Source of the DNA: a virus
Lineage: Duplodnaviria > Caudoviricetes
Virus record (IMG/VR): IMGVR_UViG_3300049988_000245
Coordinates: 128,001-192,000 of that record
Length of the DNA: 64,000 bases
Strand: one strand, 5' to 3'
A model generated the notes under the pieces. The model worked only from the letters and a program-made list of their open reading frames with translations, was not told the origin of the DNA and ran no database searches. Made by a program: the position numbers and the translations under genes. The stretch's first letter is position 1, and each line of letters starts with the position of its first letter. Positions 42,803 to 51,160 of the stretch are shown here, in pieces.

Positions 42803-43092
42803 TGGCCAGCCAAGTAAAGATCGCCAACCTTCAAGACGAGCGCGTTGTCCAGGCGCAGATCGACGAAGCTATTGAGAAGGGATGGACGCGCGTCCATATC
42901 GGCCAACCCGTACATTGGCCGGAGGTGCATCGCTTTCTCGATGCCGCTCAGGGTAGCTACCTGACGGTGTCTCGAATCAACGAGACACCGGAAGTGTCCA
43001 CCGATCGGCAGTGGACGCAGTGGAAATATCGGCAGAACTATTGGTTCTCCGACCCCAACACGGCATTCGATTTTAAGCTCAGATACGGTTAG
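42802..43092 (+). CDS. FKxRW-family small protein (member 25)
   Basis: TAATG overlap; ends WFSDPNTAFDFKLRYG. Confidence 0.7.
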   Translation: MASQVKIANLQDERVVQAQIDEAIEKGWTRVHIGQPVHWPEVHRFLDAAQGSYLTVSRINETPEVSTDRQWTQWKYRQNYWFSDPNTAFDFKLRYG

Positions 43093-43292
43093 ATCGCGTG
43101 CTCGCGGCGATTCGCCGGGACGCAGCGGAAGCGCTTTACATCATAGTTTGGGTACGCGGCCATGTACGAGGCAATTGCCGGTTGGGCCTGTGCAATACAC
43201 GCGTTCGGCGTCATCTCATGGGCATCGAGATTCACCGTTTCGTCTCGGCAATCACCAGAAAGAATTGAGCATATTGTAATCAAAATAAGCAA
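43089..43292 (-). CDS. Small secreted Cys-rich protein
   Basis: ILITICSILSGDC...ACIAQAQ...RFRC; start uncertain. Confidence 0.55.
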   Translation of the reverse strand: MLILITICSILSGDCRDETVNLDAHEMTPNACIAQAQPAIASYMAAYPNYDVKRFRCVPANRREHAI

Positions 43293-43360
43293 TTTATGAA
43301 CCCCTTAAAGCATATGTCGATGTGGTTGATCTTATTAAACCACATCGATAGGGCAATATT

Positions 43361-43792
43361 TTATTCGATCGGGAAGTCTGGCCAGATGATATTCTCAGGG
43401 TCAGATTGCTTGGTGACGTCCCTTAGAGATTGCCGGTACACCGTTAGGTTTACCCGGTGGCCATCCGAGATTGGGTAGTCTGGCATCATAAGATAGTCAG
43501 ACGCGTTCAGGAGATTGTCTCGCTTTTGTCGAACGGGGGTCCACATCTCGACCAACTGAGCTTCAGAGCTTTGAGGAGACTCGATCGTTCCAAGAACTCC
43601 TCGGAAGGAGAATGCGTTCTTGGTATTTGAATCAACCAGGGTGCGGGTTTTCACATTAACCGCCTTCGAATGAAACTCGACCCATCCATCGAAGGAAAGG
43701 TTGTCTTCGTCTTTCGCCAATACAAGCGCATCACCGAAGTATCCGGCTCGAACTATTTGTCCGGTCTTCTTCAAAAAGATAATATCAAACAT
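43361..43792 (-). CDS. Tail fibre assembly chaperone
   Basis: VRQKRDNLLNASDYLMMPDYP...YRQSLRDVT..PENIIWP, directly after the fibre gene. Confidence 0.8.
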   Translation of the reverse strand: MFDIIFLKKTGQIVRAGYFGDALVLAKDEDNLSFDGWVEFHSKAVNVKTRTLVDSNTKNAFSFRGVLGTIESPQSSEAQLVEMWTPVRQKRDNLLNASDYLMMPDYPISDGHRVNLTVYRQSLRDVTKQSDPENIIWPDFPIE

Positions 43793-43793
43793 T

Positions 43794-45443
43794 TTATGCG
43801 AACCTTATAACCTGTGCAGAACTATCACCAAACGCGTAGGTGAAGCTATCATAACCGCCAACACTAACCGTGCCGGTCATACGAACGGTAATCTTTCGAC
43901 TTGCAGGTGTTGTTCCGAAAAAAACAAGAGACCGGGTCGATGCTAACGTTGAGGAGCCACCGTTTGCACCAGACTGGTCATTTATTGCCAAGCCGACGAC
44001 TTGACCGTCAACAATTAGCTCTGTTTTTGCGGATGCTCGACGTGTTTCCCCACGAAGGCCGTTGAACGCCACTCCGCCGATCTGATAACCGTTTACGATG
44101 TACGTAGTCGAACCTGTCAGATCAAAATCCCACTGCGCAATTACCTGTGTGTTCTCAATTGGGGGACTATATTGATTTGATGGATTCTGAACCGTAAGGG
44201 AAACACCCCCTCCCTGGAATCTGGCCTCGACCTGAGAAGAGACCGCCGACCCACCTCCGCTGCCTGCTGGACCCTGTGGACCCATGGGGCCTGTATCACC
44301 CTTCGGACCCTGGGGGCCTTGTGGACCCTGGGGGCCTTGAGCCCCAGCAGAACCATCGCTACCGCCGCCTCCGCCGCTCCCGGTGACGTTGATCGTGATA
44401 TCATTTGAGCCATCGAAGAACGCCGCACCTGATACGGCCCCGGCGATACTAATGACGCGTCCCGGACGAAGCTTTGACGCCTCATCCGCTAAAGTTGCAT
44501 GTCCGGAGCTATCTGCATAATCCGCCCTTGGGGTGTGACCGGCTTCTACTGCATAATCCGCTCTTAGGGCATGGCCCGCCTCTGCGGCGTAGTCAGCCTT
44601 CTTGGCGTTGTCGGCATTCGAGTAATCGTTATTGCGCGCACCAACGACGCGACCTTTCGCATCGACCTGAACAACATTGTATGTTCCGGGCGTGACACCC
44701 GTAGAGGTCAATACTGCGCCGATCAGTGTTTCGGAGGTTCCGTTGATCATACCAGAGCCAGTGACATCGCCACTGAGGCTCAATTGCCGGGGGGTCTGGA
44801 ATCCTGTCGCCGTGGTGGCATTGCCGTTCACGTCGGTATCGATTCCTCCTTCTTTAAACCCGGCCAGGAGAACGATATTCGAACTTCCGTCGATCGTTGC
44901 GCTTCCCTTTAGCTGATTACCAAGTGTCAACTGACGAGCGGTTGTCCACTTGTCAGAAGATGCAGCTTTGTTAACGGTCAGGATGAATCCGACATCGGAC
45001 GAGCCGTCCATCACCACGGAACCCGAAGCATCTCCCAGAACGTTGAGACGACGCGGGGTGAGCCACTTCTTCGAATTGTCCGAGATTCCCTTGAGATTCG
45101 CCGTGATCACGTTCGCTTCAAACGACCCGGCGTTGTCGCGCTTGACCACGGTGTTCGGGATGTTCAGCGAGGTTGCATCGCCATCGAACGGCTTCCAGAT
45201 ACCCGCATAGTACTTCATGCGATTCTGAGATTTATCGAACCAAATCTGACCGTAAAGAGGGTTTTTGGGAGACTTCGGGCTAGAGAAGTTCTCCAGCATG
45301 TGGATGAGGTCTTCTCCGATATCGGTGCCGTAGTTGATCGATCCACGACCGACGAGAGCAATCGACAGGGTGTCCTTATCAATGGTACGATCATAGACTT
45401 CAGCAAGGATCGACCCATCGCTGAGTCTCATAGTATACGACAT
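43794..45443 (-). CDS. Tail fibre protein with internal repeats and a collagen-like segment
   Basis: N-terminal LVGRG..YG..HMLENF..P.NPL.GQIWFD; four T-x-R...G...GS...DGS repeats; ADYA repeats; GPQ triplets. Confidence 0.8.
   Translation of the reverse strand: MSYTMRLSDGSILAEVYDRTIDKDTLSIALVGRGSINYGTDIGEDLIHMLENFSSPKSPKNPLYGQIWFDKSQNRMKYYAGIWKPFDGDATSLNIPNTVVKRDNAGSFEANVITANLKGISDNSKKWLTPRRLNVLGDASGSVVMDGSSDVGFILTVNKAASSDKWTTARQLTLGNQLKGSATIDGSSNIVLLAGFKEGGIDTDVNGNATTATGFQTPRQLSLSGDVTGSGMINGTSETLIGAVLTSTGVTPGTYNVVQVDAKGRVVGARNNDYSNADNAKKADYAAEAGHALRADYAVEAGHTPRADYADSSGHATLADEASKLRPGRVISIAGAVSGAAFFDGSNDITINVTGSGGGGGSDGSAGAQGPQGPQGPQGPKGDTGPMGPQGPAGSGGGSAVSSQVEARFQGGGVSLTVQNPSNQYSPPIENTQVIAQWDFDLTGSTTYIVNGYQIGGVAFNGLRGETRRASAKTELIVDGQVVGLAINDQSGANGGSSTLASTRSLVFFGTTPASRKITVRMTGTVSVGGYDSFTYAFGDSSAQVIRFA
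44305..44339. repeat. 18-nt tandem repeat encoding GPQGPQ
   Basis: GGACCCTGGGGGCCTTG twice with 18-nt period. Confidence 0.85.
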
Positions 45444-45571
45444 TAATATTCCGCTCCTAAAACGGGTACTTTATAACCTGATTCTATATTTATCTCGACT
45501 TAAACACATACTTAAATTATTACGAATATCAACGAGTCGGTATTTTTCTCAGATTATAGGGAGGTCGGTAT

Positions 45572-45877
45572 ATGCTGCCGGACAAGATTCATTTCACCGG
45601 CCTGGAGCTTGACCCAGAATCCGTGCTGACCCCGCGCAAGATGTTCAGCGGCACCTATCCGTCCTCATGGGTGCGCCATCAGTTCTCCCTGCCCAACGAT
45701 TCGTACGGCCATCTGCGCAAGATCGACCGTTGGATTGAATCGAACCTCGAAGGCCGCTGGGGCGCATACTCGGTCTACGCGTTCGGCAGCGTCACGTTCG
45801 TGATCGCGTTCGAGAAGGTCACCGACGCGGTGATGTTTCGTCTCCAGGGCGGTGAGCAGTCGTGGAAAGAGGGGTGA
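45572..45877 (+). CDS. Divergent FKxRW-like protein
   Basis: DRWIESNLEGRW ... IAFEKVTDAVMFRL. Confidence 0.6.
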   Translation: MLPDKIHFTGLELDPESVLTPRKMFSGTYPSSWVRHQFSLPNDSYGHLRKIDRWIESNLEGRWGAYSVYAFGSVTFVIAFEKVTDAVMFRLQGGEQSWKEG

Positions 45878-45892
45878 TTGGTAGAACGAATT
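45876..45892. promoter_or_regulatory. Palindromic operator-like site upstream of clpP
   Basis: GATTGGT-AGA-ACGAATT. Confidence 0.5.
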
Positions 45893-45964
45893 TTATCGAC
45901 GGCCACGTTCGGCCGTCCTATGATCCGTCCATTACCTATCTGATTCATTTTTAAGGAATTCTTC

Positions 45965-46561
45965 ATGGCCCTCGTTCCTATGGTGCTTGAACAGGACGGT
46001 CGTTCGGAGCGCTCTTTCGATCTTTTCAGCAGGATGCTGCGAGACCGGATCATCTTCGTGACCGGCGAAGTCGAAGACAACATGGCGAATCTCATCGCCG
46101 CCCAGATTCTCTTCCTTGAGAGCGTCGATCCGGACAAGGATATCTCCCTGTACATCAACTCGCCGGGTGGCTCGGTCACAGCGGGTATGGCGATCTTCGA
46201 TGCGATGAATTTCGTGAAGTGCGACATCGCAACGATCGTCATGGGTCAGGCGTGCTCGATGGGCGCGTTCCTGCTCTCCGCCGGGACCAAGGGGAAGCGC
46301 GTTGCCTTGGCGAACTCCCGCATCATGATTCACCAGCCGTCCTCCGGCATGGGCCGGTCCACCGTGACGGACATGGAGATTCAGCTTGCGGAAGTCCTCA
46401 AGATGAAGCGCTCCCTCACCCAGCATCTCGCCGACCATTGCGGGAAGACGTACAAGGAAATGTACGACCTCTGCGAGCGCGACCACTTCATGGATGCGGA
46501 AGAGACCATGGCTCTGGGTCTGGTCGATCGGGTCGTGAAGAATCGTTCGGAAATCGTCTGA
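45965..46561 (+). CDS. clpP: ATP-dependent Clp protease proteolytic subunit
   Basis: [26 protein letters not shown] (Ser), MIHQP (His), ERD (Asp). Confidence 0.95.
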   Translation: MALVPMVLEQDGRSERSFDLFSRMLRDRIIFVTGEVEDNMANLIAAQILFLESVDPDKDISLYINSPGGSVTAGMAIFDAMNFVKCDIATIVMGQACSMGAFLLSAGTKGKRVALANSRIMIHQPSSGMGRSTVTDMEIQLAEVLKMKRSLTQHLADHCGKTYKEMYDLCERDHFMDAEETMALGLVDRVVKNRSEIV

Positions 46562-46776
46562 TGCGCCCGAATAACCTTCTCGCATGGTTCTACATGATCC
46601 TGATGGGACAGATGTTCGCGGTGGTTTTGCGGGCGTTCATGATCCTCATCGTGGCTACGATTATTGCGATCGGTTTTATGTCCTCCTGCTCGCGTGTGCC
46701 CAATTGTGACCCAGGATTCGTCTATAGTCGCGGTCTCTGCGTCGTTGGATACGAACCTTCATCCAAGAAGAACTGA
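46561..46776 (+). CDS. Small membrane protein with Cys tail
   Basis: TGATG overlap; hydrophobic segment and CSRVPNCDPG..GLC. Confidence 0.5.
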   Translation: MRPNNLLAWFYMILMGQMFAVVLRAFMILIVATIIAIGFMSSCSRVPNCDPGFVYSRGLCVVGYEPSSKKN

Positions 46777-46777
46777 C

Positions 46778-47188
46778 ATGATCGAACCATTGCCCCCGGT
46801 GCCGCTCGACCCTCACTCGGACAGAGATGAGATCGAGCGGCTGGAATTTCACATCGAACGACTCGAAAGCATCCTGCGGGAGAACGGCCTCGGTGATCTG
46901 ATCCCCGAGCAACCCCCGACGATCGCAGAGGCCCGTCAGGCGTTCATGGCGGCCGATCTTCCGTGGCTCTCTCCGGAGGCTCAGGAGGCGTTCCAGGGCG
47001 TTCCAGAGAACCACGGCACCCGAAACCCCGGCATCATTTCCTCGCCCCTGCTGGAGGCTGCACGGCGCCGTCTGGAGGAATTGCCGCCGGACTTCCTCGG
47101 CCGGTTCGCCAATATGGAGTTGCTTCCCCTGGACGTGCCGGAGATCATCGGTCCGACCAAGGACGAGGACGGGGACACCGGGTGCTGA
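46778..47188 (+). CDS. Hypothetical protein
   Basis: Start moved to MIEPLPP. Confidence 0.5.
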   Translation: MIEPLPPVPLDPHSDRDEIERLEFHIERLESILRENGLGDLIPEQPPTIAEARQAFMAADLPWLSPEAQEAFQGVPENHGTRNPGIISSPLLEAARRRLEELPPDFLGRFANMELLPLDVPEIIGPTKDEDGDTGC

Positions 47189-47589
47189 TCTGGGCGCTGG
47201 CCGTCCTGTTCACCCTGGTGCTGATCCAGCACAAGCATCTGGTGATCGATTGGATATGGCAACCGAAGTTCGAATGGTCGAACAAGCACGAGTACGGGCA
47301 CCTCGGTGGGGTTTGCCACGCGGGTAAGAACGCGCTCGGGACCGGGCTGTGCCTGTTTGCGGGAATGCCGGGGGTGACGATTGGATTCGCGTTGTGGCTG
47401 ACATTCTTGGACTTTGTGATTCACTATCACATCGACTGGTCCAAGATGAATCTGAATCGTTACTGGAATCTGGATGCTTCGAAGCCGCAATTCTGGTGGC
47501 TGACTGGATTTGACCAGCATCTCCACCAGATGACCTACTTGGGTCTAGTATGGTACGCGTTGATCGTGGGGTTCGGTAGGATCGGGTAA
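47182..47589 (+). CDS. DUF3307-like membrane protein
   Basis: HLVIDWIWQ, GGVCHAG, HYHIDWSK, FWWLTGFDQHLHQ. Confidence 0.7.
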   Translation: MLIWALAVLFTLVLIQHKHLVIDWIWQPKFEWSNKHEYGHLGGVCHAGKNALGTGLCLFAGMPGVTIGFALWLTFLDFVIHYHIDWSKMNLNRYWNLDASKPQFWWLTGFDQHLHQMTYLGLVWYALIVGFGRIG

Positions 47590-47999
47590 TGGCACAGACA
47601 CCGTCTGGGATTTTTCAGCTTGAACTGAATACGTTCGAGACCAAGATGTTTGATCTTGGTAGGATGTTCTCGGAAAATGTTGGTCAGGTTAAGATCGACT
47701 TCTTTAAAAAGAAGATCACCGTCAACGTAATGGATGACGCCGAGGGGGCGGTTTTTAAGTTCCTCTCGAAGATTGCCGAAGATAAGGAGCGCGTCCTTCG
47801 GATCAAATACGGTGATCCAGTCGGATACACACTGGACTTTACCGGCACCGAAGTGGACTCCCACACATTCGATATGGGTGATGCGTACGAGGTCAAGAAC
47901 GCGCTTCTTGCCATCTCGACGCTCGCTGGCATGACCTATAACCAGACGCCGATGCACCACAAGATCGTGTTCTCGTACAAGGACAAGATTGCCAAATGA
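47589..47999 (+). CDS. Hypothetical beta-rich protein
   Basis: TAATG overlap; 136 aa. Confidence 0.55.
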   Translation: MAQTPSGIFQLELNTFETKMFDLGRMFSENVGQVKIDFFKKKITVNVMDDAEGAVFKFLSKIAEDKERVLRIKYGDPVGYTLDFTGTEVDSHTFDMGDAYEVKNALLAISTLAGMTYNQTPMHHKIVFSYKDKIAK

Positions 48000-48457
48000 G
48001 CACGGATTTCACCGCCATCGCCAAGGTGATGATCCCGAAAATTCGTCGGACCATGCCGTCGATCATCGCCTCAGAAATCATTGGGGTGTCTCCGATGACC
48101 GGACCGACCGCGAGCATCTACGCGCTGCGCGCCCGATACAGCGCGTTCACGGACGGCTGCTCCGGGATCGATTGCGGTTTCGGTCCGGACATGTCGCCCA
48201 CTTATGGGGTCATCTACGCAACCTGTGTGGACTTCCCGATGAACCATCCACTGCGGAATGATCCGCAAGCCGTGGTGACCTGGGCGCTTCAGAATTGCCG
48301 GAAGTCGTTCACCTACTCGACCGTGGTGATCGGTACGACAATGAATCCTCCGGAGACGGACGAGCGAATCATGAAGATTCGACCTGCCAACCGAGTATGG
48401 CGCTGGACATTCGCAGACGAGGATGATGCTTTCGGGTTCAAGGTTCGTTGGATGTAA
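47996..48457 (+). CDS. Fusion of a gp23-like major capsid fragment and an FKxRW domain (member 26)
   Basis: IPKIRRTMPSIIASEIIGVSPMTGPTASIYALRARY; TWALQNC ... TFADEDDAFGFKVRWM. Confidence 0.7.
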   Translation: MSTDFTAIAKVMIPKIRRTMPSIIASEIIGVSPMTGPTASIYALRARYSAFTDGCSGIDCGFGPDMSPTYGVIYATCVDFPMNHPLRNDPQAVVTWALQNCRKSFTYSTVVIGTTMNPPETDERIMKIRPANRVWRWTFADEDDAFGFKVRWM

Positions 48458-48458
48458 G

Positions 48459-48719
48459 ATGAAATCGCGCGATTATAGTGTAGTCATAGAGGGAGATTAC
48501 GGAAACAACCATCGGTATGGATTCGACCTATACTTCAGCACCAATTGGGGCTACCCAATGTACGCGTGGTGTGAAGAACAGTTTGGCCCGCCTTATGACT
48601 CGACTACCAATCCCGATGGCGTATGGTCGCGCTTTCATCAGAGCGGTTGTATTCACTATGTACAGGTTCGATTTGAGCAAGTCGAATACGCCATCGCGTT
48701 CAAAATGCGTTTTCTTTGA
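48459..48719 (+). CDS. FKxRW-family small protein (member 27)
   Basis: AWCEEQFG ... VRFEQVEYAIAFKMRFL. Confidence 0.7.
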   Translation: MKSRDYSVVIEGDYGNNHRYGFDLYFSTNWGYPMYAWCEEQFGPPYDSTTNPDGVWSRFHQSGCIHYVQVRFEQVEYAIAFKMRFL

Positions 48720-48793
48720 ACCATTTTGGTTAGACTAATGCGACTGAATCCAGGGGCTTGCCAAAACAACACGGGTGCTCAATAAATACCCGT

Positions 48794-49120
48794 ATGGTAG
48801 TCACGACCTTCCAGGCAGGACTCAAGGACCCCCAGCCCTACGTGGTGCGGATGAATCTGTACCGGGCGGGATATGACGACGTGCGAGGCACCCTGCTTGC
48901 GCGCTACGTCGAGTTTTGGTGTCAGAAGAACTGCATCGGCGAATGGCACATCGACCAGACCGCCCACCTGTTGACGGTTTCGTTCTCAGCCACGGTCGAT
49001 ACCGTACTGTTCATGATCTCCGAGGAATACACCTACTTCGTGCCATCGGCGACCACTCGCCCACACGCGGCGTTCGAGGGTCTTCCGGCGTTCACATTGG
49101 GATACACGATTGTGCTTTAG
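48794..49120 (+). CDS. Divergent FKxRW-like protein, leaderless late layout
   Basis: TAAATA(48783-48788)-CCCGT-ATG; EFWCQKNCIGEW ... VSFSATVDTVLF. Confidence 0.6.
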   Translation: MVVTTFQAGLKDPQPYVVRMNLYRAGYDDVRGTLLARYVEFWCQKNCIGEWHIDQTAHLLTVSFSATVDTVLFMISEEYTYFVPSATTRPHAAFEGLPAFTLGYTIVL

Positions 49121-49791
49121 GGATTCGCGATCACTCCGATGGTCATCGCATGCACAAGGGCCATCGCCTCGGTGTGCGAGGCCGCCTCGTACGTGGTCGC
49201 CCAGGACGAGCCGTCATCGATCGCCCCATGCGGGTTCAGGGCCGGGCGAAACACCTTTCCGATCTTACGGTTGCCGCCATCCGTGATCATGTAGGTCCAC
49301 TTCGGCAGCACGGCGCGGAACAGCGCGACCGCCGCGTCCATGCTGGTCGTGTACTGCCACGCGAGCGGTGCCTTCACGGAGAAGGCATCATGAATCCGAT
49401 CGTCGAGTTGTCGGGACGGCTCCGGCGCGGTCGCCAGATCGGCCAACAGTTGATCGACCCCATAGAACGGACGGTCCACCATGACGAAGCCAGAGAGATG
49501 CGTCAGCGCGATGCCGATCTCGTCCTTGAAATTGATCGCGGCGGCCAAGAACTCGGCCAGCGCCAAGGTTTCGTCGCCGCCGGGAACCTCGACCAAGTCC
49601 ACGGGCAGGCCATTTGGCGCGGTGGAGCCGATGATGAACTTCTGGCTCCAGCCGCCCTCGGTGTCGCTATCGCTTTCGTATCGGACGCGTACCTGATCGT
49701 CCGGGACGCCGACTGCGGCGAGTCGTAGAAGCCGCTCGACCTTATCCCTGTCCAGCGGGCGCATCAGGGAAACTGGCTCGTGCGTGCTCAT
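49117..49791 (-). CDS. Hypothetical protein with ABA-sandwich-like C-terminus
   Basis: YTTSMDAAVALFRAVLP.W...AMALVHAM. Confidence 0.55.
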   Translation of the reverse strand: MSTHEPVSLMRPLDRDKVERLLRLAAVGVPDDQVRVRYESDSDTEGGWSQKFIIGSTAPNGLPVDLVEVPGGDETLALAEFLAAAINFKDEIGIALTHLSGFVMVDRPFYGVDQLLADLATAPEPSRQLDDRIHDAFSVKAPLAWQYTTSMDAAVALFRAVLPKWTYMITDGGNRKIGKVFRPALNPHGAIDDGSSWATTYEAASHTEAMALVHAMTIGVIANP

Positions 49792-49800
49792 GTCCGCTCC

Positions 49801-50001
49801 TTATTGACGTCGGCGCTCTTCCACCGACATGTTGCACCAGTGGGTCCAGCCGATGGTCCACTCGGATTCCTTCGTCGCGTCTGTTAGGACGACGACGTAC
49901 CCGGACTTCGCATCCCCTCGGACATTCGCCACGTGGGTGCGGTTCTCCCGATTGGGATCGTACGGGCGATTGTTCGCGTTCGGATCGAAGATGTCAGCCA
50001 T
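49801..50001 (-). CDS. Hypothetical protein
   Basis: Start moved to MADIF. Confidence 0.45.
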   Translation of the reverse strand: MADIFDPNANNRPYDPNRENRTHVANVRGDAKSGYVVVLTDATKESEWTIGWTHWCNMSVEERRRQ

Positions 50002-50018
50002 TGGCGGTTCAGTCCAGT

Positions 50019-50639
50019 TCAAACAAACGTCATGGTAAACGGGTCGAACGTCTTTCGGGGCGTCAGCGGGGTCTTCGAGATTTCAACGAAGATACTACGC
50101 AGCGTCATGAGGGTTTCTCCCAGGAGGTTCTGCCCCCGCCAGTTCGCCTTGTTCTCGATTTTCGGGTCCGACCAATCCAGGCCGACGCCCCAGATTCGAT
50201 CATAGCTTGCGCCCTCGACGAGGAGACGATGCTCCGTATTCATGAGCGTCGCCAAGGCAGAGGCGTTCTGGGAGAACTTGTAATAATTCCCCGTTAAAAC
50301 CGCTGGGAGACATTCGGCCTCCCACTTGGCTTGATCGAACGGCATCACGTCGCGCCCGGCCGCTTTCTGCGCACGAGGGACGTCCTGAAACTTGCCCCGC
50401 TTTCCGCCCTCGAAATACGCGGTGTTCCCCTCGGGCGGTTGGATCGTCAGGATGCGTTTGAGTGTGTCCACGTCGCCGAACAGATGCGCTTTACGCGCCA
50501 TCATGTACTGCTCGGCGCAGTTGAACTCCATCTCGGGCATATCCGGGGTGAGGCGTCCTGTGAACAGGGTCGCGGACCATTGCGAGAATACTCCGCCGAG
50601 GAAATAGACGGCGTCCTCGGTGATACGTTGGCTGGTCAT
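50019..50639 (-). CDS. NADAR (YbiA/DUF1768) family protein
   Basis: FSQWS, AEQYMMARKA.LFGD, KFSQN, LVEGASYDRIWGVG, GQNLLGETLM. Confidence 0.92.
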   Translation of the reverse strand: MTSQRITEDAVYFLGGVFSQWSATLFTGRLTPDMPEMEFNCAEQYMMARKAHLFGDVDTLKRILTIQPPEGNTAYFEGGKRGKFQDVPRAQKAAGRDVMPFDQAKWEAECLPAVLTGNYYKFSQNASALATLMNTEHRLLVEGASYDRIWGVGLDWSDPKIENKANWRGQNLLGETLMTLRSIFVEISKTPLTPRKTFDPFTMTFV

Positions 50640-50648
50640 GTGAGCGTC

Positions 50649-50924
50649 CTATGAGCCGCGCGCCGCGACGAGCGCCTTGAAGGCGGTCTCGCGCTGATCG
50701 AGCAGCAGGCTGGTGGCGACTTCCGCTCCGCGCAGCTTGCGCCGGGTCGCGAAGAACGTTTCCACGTAGGGCTGGTAGGCTTCGGGATTGTCCGGCGCGA
50801 CGTTGCGCAGTTCGTGGAGCGCCTTATTGTGAGCGTCCCGAATCGTCTCCACCTTGCGCCACTGCTTCTGGTACGCCTTGTTGGCGTCGTCGTAGGCTTT
50901 CTGCTCAGTCTCGTACACGTTCAT
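50649..50924 (-). CDS. Hypothetical helical protein
   Basis: Start moved to MNVYET. Confidence 0.5.
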   Translation of the reverse strand: MNVYETEQKAYDDANKAYQKQWRKVETIRDAHNKALHELRNVAPDNPEAYQPYVETFFATRRKLRGAEVATSLLLDQRETAFKALVAARGS

Positions 50925-51160
50925 GATTCGGGGCTTTCGTCGGAGGGGACTTCCCATCCGGCGAGCCCGTACAGGATAGTCAGGTGCTCGGGGCTCAGGT
51001 CTTCCGCGACGAACTCCAACGGTCCATCGCTGTCCTTCTTCAGCTTGATCTTGTTGGTCTTGCACAGGGGTAGAATGGTCCCTGGCGACAGGATCACGTG
51101 AGACCCGTCCTGGCGAGCCAGACGGTCCTCAGCGGCGTCCTGAACGATGTAGAGGGTCAT
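50921..51160 (-). CDS. Hypothetical protein
   Basis: ATGA overlaps. Confidence 0.5.
   Translation of the reverse strand: MTLYIVQDAAEDRLARQDGSHVILSPGTILPLCKTNKIKLKKDSDGPLEFVAEDLSPEHLTILYGLAGWEVPSDESPES

Noticed and set aside
47589-47999. Tail tube (gp19-like) assignment
   Set aside because: Only a vague beta-rich impression; no diagnostic motif and no sheath gene nearby
4981-48719. Diversity-generating retroelement as the source of family variation
   Set aside because: No reverse transcriptase and no template/variable repeat pair differing only at adenines; the constant part is C-terminal, the opposite of typical DGR targets
48724-48740. Tenth operator site TTTTGGT-TAG-ACTAATG
   Set aside because: Two mismatches in the better-conserved half; left out of the count until a PWM scan is run
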